In this document: piece after piece, positions 36,804 to 46,557 of the stretch | Layout of the letters: every line of letters begins with the position of its first letter | Numbering within the stretch: position 1 is the first letter of the stretch | NCBI GenBank assembly: GCA_003105035.1 | Contig: PQAL01000037.1 | Location: 133,999 to 197,998 of the forward strand | Source of the DNA: Anaerolineales bacterium | Lineage (GTDB): Bacteria; Chloroflexota; Anaerolineae; Anaerolineales; UBA4823 | Length of the DNA stretch: 64,000 nt | Reading direction: 5' to 3' | Made by a program: the position numbers and the translations under genes | The notes under the pieces: generated by a model | The model's input: the letters and a program-made list of their open reading frames with translations, nothing else | Databases searched by the model: none | What the model was told of the DNA's origin: nothing

Positions 36804-37649
36804 TCAGCCTTTGTAGGTCAGCACCCGCCCCCACAGGCTCTTGGTGCCCCAAATGCCAGCCCGCAGAGTTTCCAGCTGGACGATCTGACTGTGATCAACA
36901 AACAGGTTGACATCAGCACCGTAATTCTTAATATACCAGGCAAACACTTCTGGGTCGGCAGCCTCAAACATGGGCTTCTCGAGACCGATGGCATTGATGA
37001 TCTCGGCCACTACATCAGTCCGCCAGGTGGTGACATTCTCAGTGATGCCTTCCGACTCGATCATGATCATATATGCACCGGCATCTACGAAGCGCCTAGC
37101 TTGCTGGATGGCCCAACCCGGATCACGGGTGCCTTCCGCTGCCAGCTCGGCGGCGGCTGTGGCTCCACCTGCACCGAATTGGATGCCCACCTCTGGCTTG
37201 GCTTTCAAGCCAGCCTTCTGCACCTTGTCCACCAGACGCAGCCAATCGTCGGTGGGTATCGTGATGAAACCGGAAGAAATCTCAATGATATCAAAACCGA
37301 GATTCTTACACTCCTGGATATACTGGTCGACCGCTTGAGGACCTAAGGTGAGAACGTGCTCGATGAAGCCTCCCGTTGAAACCAGCACGTCGTAGCGATG
37401 GCACAGGTCCAAAAGCTCCTTAACGGCTGGACGCGGCATGAGGCTGAAAGAACCCCCGGCAAATTTCAACACATCCACGTATTCGCCCATGGTCTCCAGG
37501 ATATCCTCCAGGTAGCGTTTGCCCATGGGAGTGTAATATGGCCCACGGATCTCTGTGATTCCCTGGCGGCGAGGCTTAGGCTGGCGTTCATTAATGCGCA
37601 GGAAAGGGAACGCACGCTTATCGATGGGACTTTTATCTGATTTATCCAT
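36804..37649 (-). CDS. comA: Phosphosulfolactate synthase (ComA) family protein
   Basis: KPRRQGITEIRGP, VDVLKFAGG, IEISSGF, KPEVG, IMIESEG, MFEA, VNLFVD..LETLRAG. Confidence 0.85.
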   Translation of the reverse strand: MDKSDKSPIDKRAFPFLRINERQPKPRRQGITEIRGPYYTPMGKRYLEDILETMGEYVDVLKFAGGSFSLMPRPAVKELLDLCHRYDVLVSTGGFIEHVLTLGPQAVDQYIQECKNLGFDIIEISSGFITIPTDDWLRLVDKVQKAGLKAKPEVGIQFGAGGATAAAELAAEGTRDPGWAIQQARRFVDAGAYMIMIESEGITENVTTWRTDVVAEIINAIGLEKPMFEAADPEVFAWYIKNYGADVNLFVDHSQIVQLETLRAGIWGTKSLWGRVLTYKG

Positions 37650-37658
37650 ATTTACTTC

Positions 37659-39029
37659 CTATCTCTTTAAGTGATCTCCCCCAAGCAGCTGCATGAAATC
37701 ACGAATTTTAAGGGTTTCCAAATTTAATACAGCTTCTTCAAGCATTTTTTGCATTATTGAGGAGATACGCGAATGGGTTAATCCCTCAAATTTATTCACC
37801 GCTGTGTGCCAATGCATGGGGCGGGTGAGAAAGCCCTCGTAATCACGCTTCTCATTGATCAATTGGATACCATCCTGCAGAGTGATGGTGATGCGGCAGG
37901 GCATTTCGTGAGGAAAACGCTGGCTAAAATCGGAGCGGGGGCAGATCACCACCTTGCGTAACAAGGATTGCACATCCTCCTTCTGGATACGAGCGGGACG
38001 ATACTGGTCCGGTAGCACCTGGTCATCCAGCAAGGCGACTGCTACGATATACGGCAGGCTGTGGTCGGCCTCTTCCTTGGTGCGCACGGTGTACTTCTCT
38101 CCTTCTTCACCACCGCCGATGATATTGTAGGCAACCTCAAAGGTCTCGATATCGATCGCCTGTATGCTATGTGGATTGAGCTGATGCTCGTGTTTGAGCT
38201 CAAGCACGCCTTCCACCGTAGCCTGGGAATGAATCTCAGCGTTATACCGTTTAACGATGGTCTCGGTGATCTTTTCCAGGTTCTCCCTCGGCCAATCCAA
38301 TGAGAAATGACCCGCAATAGCATCCATGAAACCCTTGTTGCCTTCAAAGACCTCCCCGGGGCCGGTGATACCCCGCATGGCCAGGAAGGCGGCGTGGACG
38401 GCGGCCATGGCTGTATTGGGATAAGCCAGGCCTTTCCAATTGGAGAGTAGCCCGGTGCGGGTGACGCGCAAGGCATTATTCGCCGTACCAGCGATGGCGA
38501 TCGCATTCGCCGTTTTGGCTTCATCCAGGTTGAGGGCACGGGCGACCCCGGCAGCCAGGGCATAAGCGCCTTGAGTCGTGTGGTCGAATCCACGGGCACG
38601 CACTGGGGCGACTTCGCTCAGGCGACAATGCACCTGATAGGCAACCGCCAGGGCAGTGAGCAGGTCACGGCCTGAACCACCTGCGTATTCACAGGCAGCC
38701 AGCACCGCAGCCAGGTTATCACTGGGATGGCAGGTCTCGCCCCGGGCCAGAAAGCTATCGTTGAAATCAAGGTAACGCACCAGGGCGCTGTTGTAAAACG
38801 CAGCCCGGTCGGGGGCAGTGCCCTCGCCACCGATCTGGGTGCAGAGTGGGTTGCCCCCAAACTCGGCGTTCTGGAGGGCGAGGGTATTAATCACACCAGC
38901 ATCCAGGGCGGCAATGGCGCACCCGAGCGAGTCGAGCACACGGACCTTCGCCTGAGCCCTGGCAGCTTCGGAGAGCTGATCATAGGTAGCGTGCACGACA
39001 AACGAGGCCAGCTCATTGACCATTGCCAT
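37659..39029 (-). CDS. MmgE/PrpD-family protein (2-methylcitrate dehydratase-like)
   Basis: LVRYLDFNDS..CHPSDN, GFDHT, SNWKG, EADHSLPY. Confidence 0.9.
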   Translation of the reverse strand: MAMVNELASFVVHATYDQLSEAARAQAKVRVLDSLGCAIAALDAGVINTLALQNAEFGGNPLCTQIGGEGTAPDRAAFYNSALVRYLDFNDSFLARGETCHPSDNLAAVLAACEYAGGSGRDLLTALAVAYQVHCRLSEVAPVRARGFDHTTQGAYALAAGVARALNLDEAKTANAIAIAGTANNALRVTRTGLLSNWKGLAYPNTAMAAVHAAFLAMRGITGPGEVFEGNKGFMDAIAGHFSLDWPRENLEKITETIVKRYNAEIHSQATVEGVLELKHEHQLNPHSIQAIDIETFEVAYNIIGGGEEGEKYTVRTKEEADHSLPYIVAVALLDDQVLPDQYRPARIQKEDVQSLLRKVVICPRSDFSQRFPHEMPCRITITLQDGIQLINEKRDYEGFLTRPMHWHTAVNKFEGLTHSRISSIMQKMLEEAVLNLETLKIRDFMQLLGGDHLKR

Positions 39030-39044
39030 GAGACACTCTCCTGC

Positions 39045-40217
39045 CTAGATGCGGCCTCGGAGGCTGGCAGTCGTGAACGGCCCCGGCTCGGCAATCAGGT
39101 CCCGCGCCTTGGGGATTGAATCCCATACATTCCACAGAAGCACACCGCGCACCCAGCCATGGTCAAGGTAGTAAACGACACCTTTCTTGTACTCTTCCTT
39201 CCAATCCACGAAGGTCTCGAAGCGAGAGTCAAGCTCACCGACGGCTTCGTAACCCAGCTCAAACAGGTCCGAATAGAAAAAGGACAGGTGATGGTAAGGC
39301 TCTGCAGCACCGACCATGTTACGCCCAACCTGCTTACCCATCGTGTTGGCATTATCTTCATGCTCAATGCGCAGGCGCTTCCCCAGGGTGGGATTGGCAA
39401 ATTCGGCCACATCTCCAGCAGCGAAGATATCAGGCTGGCTGGTTTGCAATGTGTCATTTACCACGATACCATTAGCAACCTGCAAACCGGCTGCCTGGGC
39501 CAGCTCGATATTGGGTTGAATGCCAATTCCGGCAACCAGGGCGTCCACCTGGAGCTGCCGGCCGTCATCCGTGAAGAGCTGGTAGCCACCATCCTGCTTC
39601 TGCACATTGACCAACTTGGTTTGAGTCAGTACTTCTACACCTTTGGCTCGAAAATAGGAATTGAGATAATCAGCCAGTAGGGCCGGATAGATGCGACCGC
39701 CAATACCGGCTTCAGGAAATAGCATGGTCACCTTTTTACCATTCATCGCCAAGGCTGCCGCAATCTCCGAGCCGATGAACCCACCGCCGACTACTCCGAA
39801 ATGCTCTTTCTGGCTGGATAGCTCACGCAGTTTTTGGTAATCTTCAAGACTGCGATAATAGATGATGCCTTCATCACCGAAAGGCAGTTTGCGAGGAGTG
39901 CCGCCAGTGGCAAGGAGTAGTTTTTCGTAGCTGTATTCGTCCCCACGGTCATCGCGAACTGTCTTCGCCTGTGGGTCGATGGACTGCACTGTCCGTCCCA
40001 GATGCAAGTCGACGGTGAACTGCTCGGTCCTACGCCAGATACTGTCCAACGATTTACCTTTCCATAGAGCTTTGGTGAGGGGCGGGCGATTATATGGTGG
40101 ATTGGAGTCACTACCGATGATGGCAATCGTGCCATCCTTGTCCAGCTCGCGAATTCCCCGTACGGCTGCATCAGCCGTCATGCCTGCACCGATAATCAAG
40201 TATTTGTAGGCTGCCAT
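39045..40217 (-). CDS. FAD/NAD(P)-dependent oxidoreductase (ferredoxin-reductase-like)
   Basis: IIGAG, PYNRPPLTK, LLATGG, VGGGFIGSE, FAAGDVA, RIEHEDNA. Confidence 0.9.
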   Translation of the reverse strand: MAAYKYLIIGAGMTADAAVRGIRELDKDGTIAIIGSDSNPPYNRPPLTKALWKGKSLDSIWRRTEQFTVDLHLGRTVQSIDPQAKTVRDDRGDEYSYEKLLLATGGTPRKLPFGDEGIIYYRSLEDYQKLRELSSQKEHFGVVGGGFIGSEIAAALAMNGKKVTMLFPEAGIGGRIYPALLADYLNSYFRAKGVEVLTQTKLVNVQKQDGGYQLFTDDGRQLQVDALVAGIGIQPNIELAQAAGLQVANGIVVNDTLQTSQPDIFAAGDVAEFANPTLGKRLRIEHEDNANTMGKQVGRNMVGAAEPYHHLSFFYSDLFELGYEAVGELDSRFETFVDWKEEYKKGVVYYLDHGWVRGVLLWNVWDSIPKARDLIAEPGPFTTASLRGRI

Positions 40218-40292
40218 TTATTCCTCCCATGGGTACATTTACTTGCCTTCACTCATATTATTCTTCTTGCAATAATATGATAAAATCGATTA

Positions 40293-40311
40293 TATATCGC
40301 ATTACGATGTA
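40293..40311. promoter_or_regulatory. Imperfect palindrome, candidate MarR operator
   Basis: TATATCGCATTACGATGTA in the AT-rich divergent intergenic region. Confidence 0.5.
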
Positions 40312-40373
40312 AGTCAATCTCAAGAGCTCTACGCTCGACATTTTATATAAAATATTAATACAGGCGCCTTCAT

Positions 40374-40805
40374 ATGACAGATTTTTCAACTTTTTCAAAG
40401 GAAGACTACCAGACCCTGGCTGAGTTTCGCTACGCACTGCGCTTTTTTTTGCGTTTCAGCGAGAGTGCTGCTCGGTCAGCCGGGCTGACGCTGCAACAAC
40501 ACCAGGCAATGCTGTTCATCATCGGCTATCCTGGTCGTGAACAGGTTACCATTAGCGAGCTGGCGGAGAGGCTGCAAATCCGACACCATAGCGCGGTTGG
40601 GCTGGTGGATCGATTGGAAGATCAAGGTCTGGTGAAAAGGGTTCAAAACCAGGAAGACCGACGTCAGGTGTTCATTAGGCTGAGCGATAAAGGGGTTGGC
40701 GTATTAACCAGCCTGACGAATATACACCGCGAAGAGCTGCGCCACCTGGGGCCACAGCTTTGCAGCATGCTAGAGCAGATTACCAGCCTGACAGGGGGAA
40801 TTTGA
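40374..40805 (+). CDS. MarR-family transcriptional regulator
   Basis: TISELAERLQIRHHSAVGLVDRLEDQGLVKR..EDRRQVFIRLSDKG. Confidence 0.92.
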   Translation: MTDFSTFSKEDYQTLAEFRYALRFFLRFSESAARSAGLTLQQHQAMLFIIGYPGREQVTISELAERLQIRHHSAVGLVDRLEDQGLVKRVQNQEDRRQVFIRLSDKGVGVLTSLTNIHREELRHLGPQLCSMLEQITSLTGGI

Positions 40806-42257
40806 TCAGCGGCTGGCTTTCACCTGGGTAAGGGCCAGGACTGAGAACAGGAACAACAACCCATAGATGGTGAAGAGCAGCACATAACCGAACCCGGCCA
40901 GGTGAGGCACCTGAGCCGTGACAAAGTCGGCGATCGGGCCACCAATGTAGGCACCCACGGCCCCGGCTCCGGCCCCGGCCAGGTTGGAGATGCCCAGGTA
41001 CCGCCCGGCTTCTTCTCGGGGCACCAGGAGCGTCCCCAATGCCCAATTAGCTGAGTAAAAGAAACCCGCCCCAATGCCAATCAGGCAACCACCCACATAG
41101 ATGGCAGGCAAACTGGGAATGCTTAGGGCTATTAAAGTGCCAGCCACAGCGACCAAGCCGGCGACCGCTACCATGCGTTTCTCACCGAAGCGGTCCGTCA
41201 GCCAACCGGCTGGGAGAGTGGAGAGCAGGATAAACAGACCTACGAACAGGAGCAGCTTACTGGCAGGGCCAGCCGCAGCTGCATGCTCGTAACCCAAACG
41301 ACCCTGGAGAAAATACACTGCAAACGTGGATAAATTGACAATGCCCACCAGGAAAGCCAACCTATTGACCACCCACCAGGTAAATGAGGGATTGCGCTGG
41401 GCTGATTCCCCCAGGCTGATGCGCACGCTGAGCCATACCCCCAAGGCGACAGCCACCAACATGCCTCCCAGCCCAACGATACCCATGATGGTGAAAATCT
41501 GCGCCGGAGACGTGATGTCGCTGATCAGCTGGCTGACCAGATTGACGGCATACCCACAACCAACGATAATCAGGGCGAATACCAGGGTCATCCCCAACAA
41601 ACGGAGAAAAGGTGACCATTCGATGGCAGTGAGAGTCTGTTTTAGAGGATTCTCGTGTACCAGCATGGTCAGTAACATGGTGATGATCAGAGAGGCCAGG
41701 ACGATGGCGAGCGCAGCCCAATACTGCTCATGACTGACCAGCTTACCAATCACAAGGGCGACCACGATTAATGGTAGTGGTATCTCAAAGAGAGCTTTTA
41801 CCCCCGAGAAGCGGCCGCGTTTATCCTCCGGCACCAGATCTGGAATGATGCCCTGCTCACCTGCCTGAGCGGTGTTGGAAGAAAGCTGCAACATAATGAC
41901 GACTACGAATAACACCCAAAAACCGGAGATGCCTTGCAACCCAGCAGTGAACCCGACAAGGATGAGAAATATGCTGCTCATCACACTCCCTGCTGCGATG
42001 AAGGGACGGCGCTTGCCCCAAGGAAGGATACTCCGGTCTGACAGCAACCCCATCAATGCCTGGGCCAGTAATGCCACCATCAGGCTGGCCAGACGCAAGC
42101 GACCCAGGTATGTTCCTTTCTGCGCTTCACCCACAAATTGTTCAACGAGCAGCGGAGTGATCAACCCCATGGTCTGCCAGATAATCTGTATGCCAAAAAA
42201 GAAAACGTTGAAGGTGATGTAGTCATACCAGCGGAATATTTGGGTCATATCTGGCAC
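40806..42257 (-). CDS. MFS transporter
   Basis: Multiple TM helices, GLLSDRS..WGKRRPF, GWLTDRFGEKR. Confidence 0.88.
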   Translation of the reverse strand: MPDMTQIFRWYDYITFNVFFFGIQIIWQTMGLITPLLVEQFVGEAQKGTYLGRLRLASLMVALLAQALMGLLSDRSILPWGKRRPFIAAGSVMSSIFLILVGFTAGLQGISGFWVLFVVVIMLQLSSNTAQAGEQGIIPDLVPEDKRGRFSGVKALFEIPLPLIVVALVIGKLVSHEQYWAALAIVLASLIITMLLTMLVHENPLKQTLTAIEWSPFLRLLGMTLVFALIIVGCGYAVNLVSQLISDITSPAQIFTIMGIVGLGGMLVAVALGVWLSVRISLGESAQRNPSFTWWVVNRLAFLVGIVNLSTFAVYFLQGRLGYEHAAAAGPASKLLLFVGLFILLSTLPAGWLTDRFGEKRMVAVAGLVAVAGTLIALSIPSLPAIYVGGCLIGIGAGFFYSANWALGTLLVPREEAGRYLGISNLAGAGAGAVGAYIGGPIADFVTAQVPHLAGFGYVLLFTIYGLLFLFSVLALTQVKASR

Positions 42258-42296
42258 CTTTGGAAAAAGTGATGGGTGAAATACACCATAAAAGCG

Positions 42297-43058
42297 TCAG
42301 CTCAGCACACGCTGCAGAAAATAGATGGTCAGGCTGGCAGCCAGGTCGCGCTCACGGTCCAGGATGACGCAGTGAGTAGAATGCTCGAGCCAGTGCAGCT
42401 GTTTGACTGGCGAGCTGACCTGGGCGTAGATGAGCTGTGGGGATTGAGCAGCGACCGTTGGGTCAAGCCTGCCTTGCATGATCAAGATCGGCTGGGTGAT
42501 AGCAGCCAGCTCGGTATGAACGACCTTTTGCAGGTGCCTGAGCTGAACGGCGGCTTTCAAGGGCTGGACGGCATAGCCCTGCCATGGGTTATCATCCATG
42601 GCAGGCGGTTTGGGAATCGATGTGATGAACGGAGCGCACAGGGTAAGCAGGAAGACCTTAAGCGGGCTCAGTTTAAGGCACAGGGCAGGGGCATAGCACA
42701 AAACAGCCGCGACTTCAGGATGATTCACCGCCAGGTGTAAAACCAGCAAAGCTCCAGCAGATTCGCCCCCGATGACCACTCTCTGACATTTGTCAGCGAG
42801 CTGCAGGTAGGCTTCATCGAGAGCCGCGTACCAATCCTGCCAGGAGTAACGATTGCAGTCCTGTGGGGTAGTTCCATGGCCTGGCAACAGCGGACCGGCC
42901 ACAGAATAGCCCTGGGTATGAAGGGAGCCTGCCAGCAGGCGTACTTCGGCGGTAGTGGCGGTGAGGCCGTGGCAAAGCAGCACCCCAGTGGAACCGGCCT
43001 GCCAATAAAACGCTGAGCCATCGAGCTGAGGGTTGCGGAGGACAGATGGAATGGCCAT
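42297..43058 (-). CDS. Alpha/beta-hydrolase carboxylesterase (YvaK/Est-like)
   Basis: LLCHGLT, LPGHGT, GGESAG nucleophile elbow, GRLDPTV, STH. Confidence 0.88.
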   Translation of the reverse strand: MAIPSVLRNPQLDGSAFYWQAGSTGVLLCHGLTATTAEVRLLAGSLHTQGYSVAGPLLPGHGTTPQDCNRYSWQDWYAALDEAYLQLADKCQRVVIGGESAGALLVLHLAVNHPEVAAVLCYAPALCLKLSPLKVFLLTLCAPFITSIPKPPAMDDNPWQGYAVQPLKAAVQLRHLQKVVHTELAAITQPILIMQGRLDPTVAAQSPQLIYAQVSSPVKQLHWLEHSTHCVILDRERDLAASLTIYFLQRVLS

Positions 43059-43082
43059 GGATAGGGAAGTGCTCGGTGATTA

Positions 43083-44474
43083 TTATCGAAATAGAAGGAA
43101 AAGAAAAGCCAGGATAACGATCAGCAGGACCAATCCTGTGGCCATCAGCAGGACCATCTTCACCATATCCTGGGGCTTGGCACCACTGACTTTACCGGTT
43201 TGACCATTGACATACAAACGATAGCGTTTGCCTTGATAGGCATAATTGCCGATGAAGAGGGGTAATAGGGCTAGCTTGTAGGTAAGCCCACTCCATTTGC
43301 CCGCCCCGGTGGAGAAATTCCGCTTGGCTTGCTGCGGGTCTACTTCACTGGCCAGGGTGCGTTTAACCTTTTTGATCACAATTTCGCGTGCCTGAAGTGA
43401 AGCATCCGCCAGGGGATGATCGTATGTGAGAGCTACCCAACCAGGGAGAAAATCGGGTGAAAATTCCACCATTTCATCCAGGTTAAATGGCTGTATCGCA
43501 GCGATATCAACAGAAGATAGCTTACGTAACCCAGGCACAAGGACATTCTTGAACATCTCGAATTTGGAGCCACTCCGGGTTTCCCATTTGGGCAGCTTGC
43601 TGGTACCCTCATTCGCATCATAAAACCAGGGCACCTCAAGCGTGCCATCAAAAATCCAGAAGGGATAGTAAGCCGGGTGAAGCTGCATGCCCGCGTGTTG
43701 GGTGGCAAGATCATCCGGGGCAAAAAAACCCTTCCCAAGCCAGGCCTTAACACTGTTCCCAGCCGCCTGAGCATCCATCTTAAATAAACCGATCACCTGG
43801 GGATCCACCAGCTCCATCAAGGATTGCGAAGCCACAAAGCGGTTCGAAGCACAGTAAGGGCAGCTATCGGTAGTCTGGCCAGGTGGAAGGATGATAATCG
43901 CCCCACACTGCTCGCAGGTGATGCGCGACTGGTTCTCAGCCCAACGGTGGGCACGGCCAGTTGGTAGGGTCATGTCCAGCACCTGGTCGGAACTCTCGTC
44001 GATCACATGCTGGTCCACCTTGCCGGTAAACCCACAGAACTGGCATACCAGGGTGGTTTCCTGGATATCAAAGGTAATTGAAGCACCACAGTTTGGACAC
44101 AGGTAGGTCTTGATGACAGCTTCTTGAGCGGCAGGTTCTTCCTGTGGGGAATAGGAAGCCCCTTCAGGCATCAGCTGGCTCTCATCCAACGTCTGGTTAA
44201 CCAGCATCAAACCGCGCTTGGCGGTGGCATTGGATGGATCGGCAGCCACCGCCCGTTCCAGGTAAGTCCGCCGCTCCTGCAGGTCTTGTGTGGTCGCTGA
44301 CAGCCAGATCCAGATGCGCGGGTCAGTAGAGTTAATCAGAGCAGCCTGCTCGAGTAAACTCCTGGCCAACGACAGGTTGCCATTCTTTACGGCAGTAATA
44401 CCCTCTTGAATATGCTGCTCAAGTTCTCGGGCTTCAATTGAGCTGGAATCGTCAGTAAATGCGGGTGGGTGCAT
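43083..44474 (-). CDS. TPR + double zinc-ribbon membrane-anchored protein
   Basis: N-terminal TPR pair, CPNCGA/CQFCG and CEQCGA/CPYCAS, YYPFWIFD, VNGQTGKVSG, C-terminal TM helix. Confidence 0.75.
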   Translation of the reverse strand: MHPPAFTDDSSSIEARELEQHIQEGITAVKNGNLSLARSLLEQAALINSTDPRIWIWLSATTQDLQERRTYLERAVAADPSNATAKRGLMLVNQTLDESQLMPEGASYSPQEEPAAQEAVIKTYLCPNCGASITFDIQETTLVCQFCGFTGKVDQHVIDESSDQVLDMTLPTGRAHRWAENQSRITCEQCGAIIILPPGQTTDSCPYCASNRFVASQSLMELVDPQVIGLFKMDAQAAGNSVKAWLGKGFFAPDDLATQHAGMQLHPAYYPFWIFDGTLEVPWFYDANEGTSKLPKWETRSGSKFEMFKNVLVPGLRKLSSVDIAAIQPFNLDEMVEFSPDFLPGWVALTYDHPLADASLQAREIVIKKVKRTLASEVDPQQAKRNFSTGAGKWSGLTYKLALLPLFIGNYAYQGKRYRLYVNGQTGKVSGAKPQDMVKMVLLMATGLVLLIVILAFLFLLFR

Positions 44475-44541
44475 TATTAAATTATATATCGGAATTCAAC
44501 TGGAGGGTTAATGAACGCGGTTTTGAAATGCAGCGGTTCGA

Positions 44542-45159
44542 TCAGTCTTGATGGACGAAAAAACCACTTAAGGCATGGCGGATGGGAGGCAAGCGCAGGA
44601 CCAGCAAGAAGATGATCACGATCATCCAGATATAAGGTTCAACCACACCCTGCTTGACCACCCATAGATAATGCAAAGCCGCCAGTATGTCGATGCCGTA
44701 TACCAGGCTATGCAGGCGTTTCCAGTTTTTACCCATCCGTTTTGGCCAGGGCGGGAAGGAGGTAATAGCCAGGGGAATCAAGAACAAACCGGCGATTAAA
44801 CCGACAAAGGCGTAAGGCCGGGTTAGTTCGTGAACAATCAGCTGAAAATCGAAACCGTAATCCAGGCTGACGAAAATGGCAAAATGGAGACAAACGTAGA
44901 GGAAGGCATAATCTCCCAAGGTCCGGCGGACCCGCAGGGCGGGGGAGAAGCCAAAGATGGTGTTCAAGGGCGTACAAGCCAGGCTTAACACCAGCAAGAC
45001 CAAGGCGATCTTACCGGTGCGCAGGATGGCCGCGCGAATGGGATCGGCGGTTAAATTACCCTGTGCAGCGTCAACAAGTAGCCAGGGGATAGGCAGCAGG
45101 CAGGCGACATGCACGAGCAAAGGAAACCAGTGATCGAAAAACCTGTTCTTGAAGTTCAA
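44542..45159 (-). CDS. msrQ: Methionine sulfoxide reductase heme-binding subunit
   Basis: LACTPL, RRTLG..YVCLHF, PLAITS, WKRLHSLVY, LHYLW. Confidence 0.93.
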   Translation of the reverse strand: MNFKNRFFDHWFPLLVHVACLLPIPWLLVDAAQGNLTADPIRAAILRTGKIALVLLVLSLACTPLNTIFGFSPALRVRRTLGDYAFLYVCLHFAIFVSLDYGFDFQLIVHELTRPYAFVGLIAGLFLIPLAITSFPPWPKRMGKNWKRLHSLVYGIDILAALHYLWVVKQGVVEPYIWMIVIIFLLVLRLPPIRHALSGFFVHQD

Positions 45160-46088
45160 TAATTTATCTTTAAGTCCATCCCTGAATAAAGGTTTGCCAC
45201 CTGGTCTTCGTAGCCATTGAACATCAAGGTATTTATCCGGCCTACCTCGCCAATCCGGCGCTCCGTGGCCTGTGACCAGCGGGGATGGTCAACATTGGGA
45301 TTCACATTGGCATAAAAACCATATTCCGTGGAGTCAGCCAGGTTCCACAGTGTGGTCGGTTGGGAATCAACCAGCTCGATCTTGACGATGGCTTTGATGC
45401 TCTTGAAGCCATATTTCCAGGGGACCACCAGGCGCAAAGGCGCACCATCCTGCTTGGGCAAGGATCCACCGTACATCCCCGTGACCATCAAGGTCAGGTC
45501 ATGCATGGCTTCATCCATCCGTAACCCCTCCGTGTAAGGCCAGGGCAGGAAATTGCTACCCTGGAGTGGCATATCCTTGGGATCGTAGATGGAAGTGAAT
45601 TTCACAAATGCTGCTTTAGAAGTGGGCTGGACATCCTCCAGCAAGCGATGCAACGGAAAGCCAATCCAGGGGATAACCATCGACCAGGCTTCCACACAGC
45701 GTAAGCGATAAACCCTCTCTTCTGGGGAAAACTTCTGCAGGTCATCGATGGTATAGGTTTTGGGATTGTTGACCAGGCCGGTTACCTCGATGCTCCATGG
45801 GGAGATAGGGAAGGTGGAGACCAGATCTGCTACCGCTAATTTATCGGTGGAGAATTCATAATAGTTATTGTAATGGGCGATATCTTCATAGGAGGTAAGC
45901 GACGCTCCCAGCTCGTCAGTCGTAGGCCCAGAATAGTTAACCGTGGGTTCAGCGGTGACAGGCAGATTGCCTCCACAGGCCGCCAATGCCAGGGCGCTTG
46001 CCAGGGTGAGGCCAGTACCTCCGATAAACTGGCGCCGTGAGAGGTAAAGGCGTTTGGGAGTAATCTCTGAGGGATCGATCTTTTGCAT
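45156..46088 (-). CDS. msrP: Methionine sulfoxide reductase molybdopterin catalytic subunit
   Basis: SEITP, Tat motif SRRQF, YNNYYEF, RLRCVEAWSMV, LVVPWKYGFKSIK, HPRWSQATER. Confidence 0.96.
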   Translation of the reverse strand: MQKIDPSEITPKRLYLSRRQFIGGTGLTLASALALAACGGNLPVTAEPTVNYSGPTTDELGASLTSYEDIAHYNNYYEFSTDKLAVADLVSTFPISPWSIEVTGLVNNPKTYTIDDLQKFSPEERVYRLRCVEAWSMVIPWIGFPLHRLLEDVQPTSKAAFVKFTSIYDPKDMPLQGSNFLPWPYTEGLRMDEAMHDLTLMVTGMYGGSLPKQDGAPLRLVVPWKYGFKSIKAIVKIELVDSQPTTLWNLADSTEYGFYANVNPNVDHPRWSQATERRIGEVGRINTLMFNGYEDQVANLYSGMDLKINY

Positions 46089-46233
46089 TCCTTGTCTCCT
46101 TGAGCAACGAGTAAGATAATTTTACCCAATCCCCAGTTGATTTTCGTAAACAAAAGATTAGGGGTAATTAAGGACACAAATCCGCAACCAGGAGATGCGG
46201 CTTGCGTAGATCATAGTGAAGAAGGAGACACTT

Positions 46234-46455
46234 ATGATTGACCCAAAGAAAAGCCCCTGCCTGCTGCGGCCATTTATCTGGCTGTGGAATTTTATTGCTT
46301 GGATAGTTGGTTTGACCGGCAGACTGCTGGCAGTCATCCTGGGGGCAGTGATCATGATTCTGGGCATCCTGCTAACCATCACCGTGGTAGGAGGGATCAT
46401 CGGCGTCCCCCTCATCGTCCTGGGCTTGTTGCTCGTCATCCGAGGATTGTGGTAG
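46234..46455 (+). CDS. Small membrane protein
   Basis: RBS AAGGAG, hydrophobic hairpin ILLTITVVGGIIGVPL. Confidence 0.7.
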   Translation: MIDPKKSPCLLRPFIWLWNFIAWIVGLTGRLLAVILGAVIMILGILLTITVVGGIIGVPLIVLGLLLVIRGLW

Positions 46456-46500
46456 GACAACAGATTGACCACAGAGACGAAGACTAGCGAGCGCTAGAAA

Positions 46501-46535
46501 CGATCAGGCTCTTCCAGATTGGAAGAGCCTGATCG
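46501..46535. terminator. Bidirectional terminator hairpin between convergent genes
   Basis: Perfect 16-bp stem CGATCAGGCTCTTCCA / TGGAAGAGCCTGATCG with a 3-nt loop. Confidence 0.8.
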
Positions 46536-46557
46536 CTTGTTATAAGCCATACAGGGA

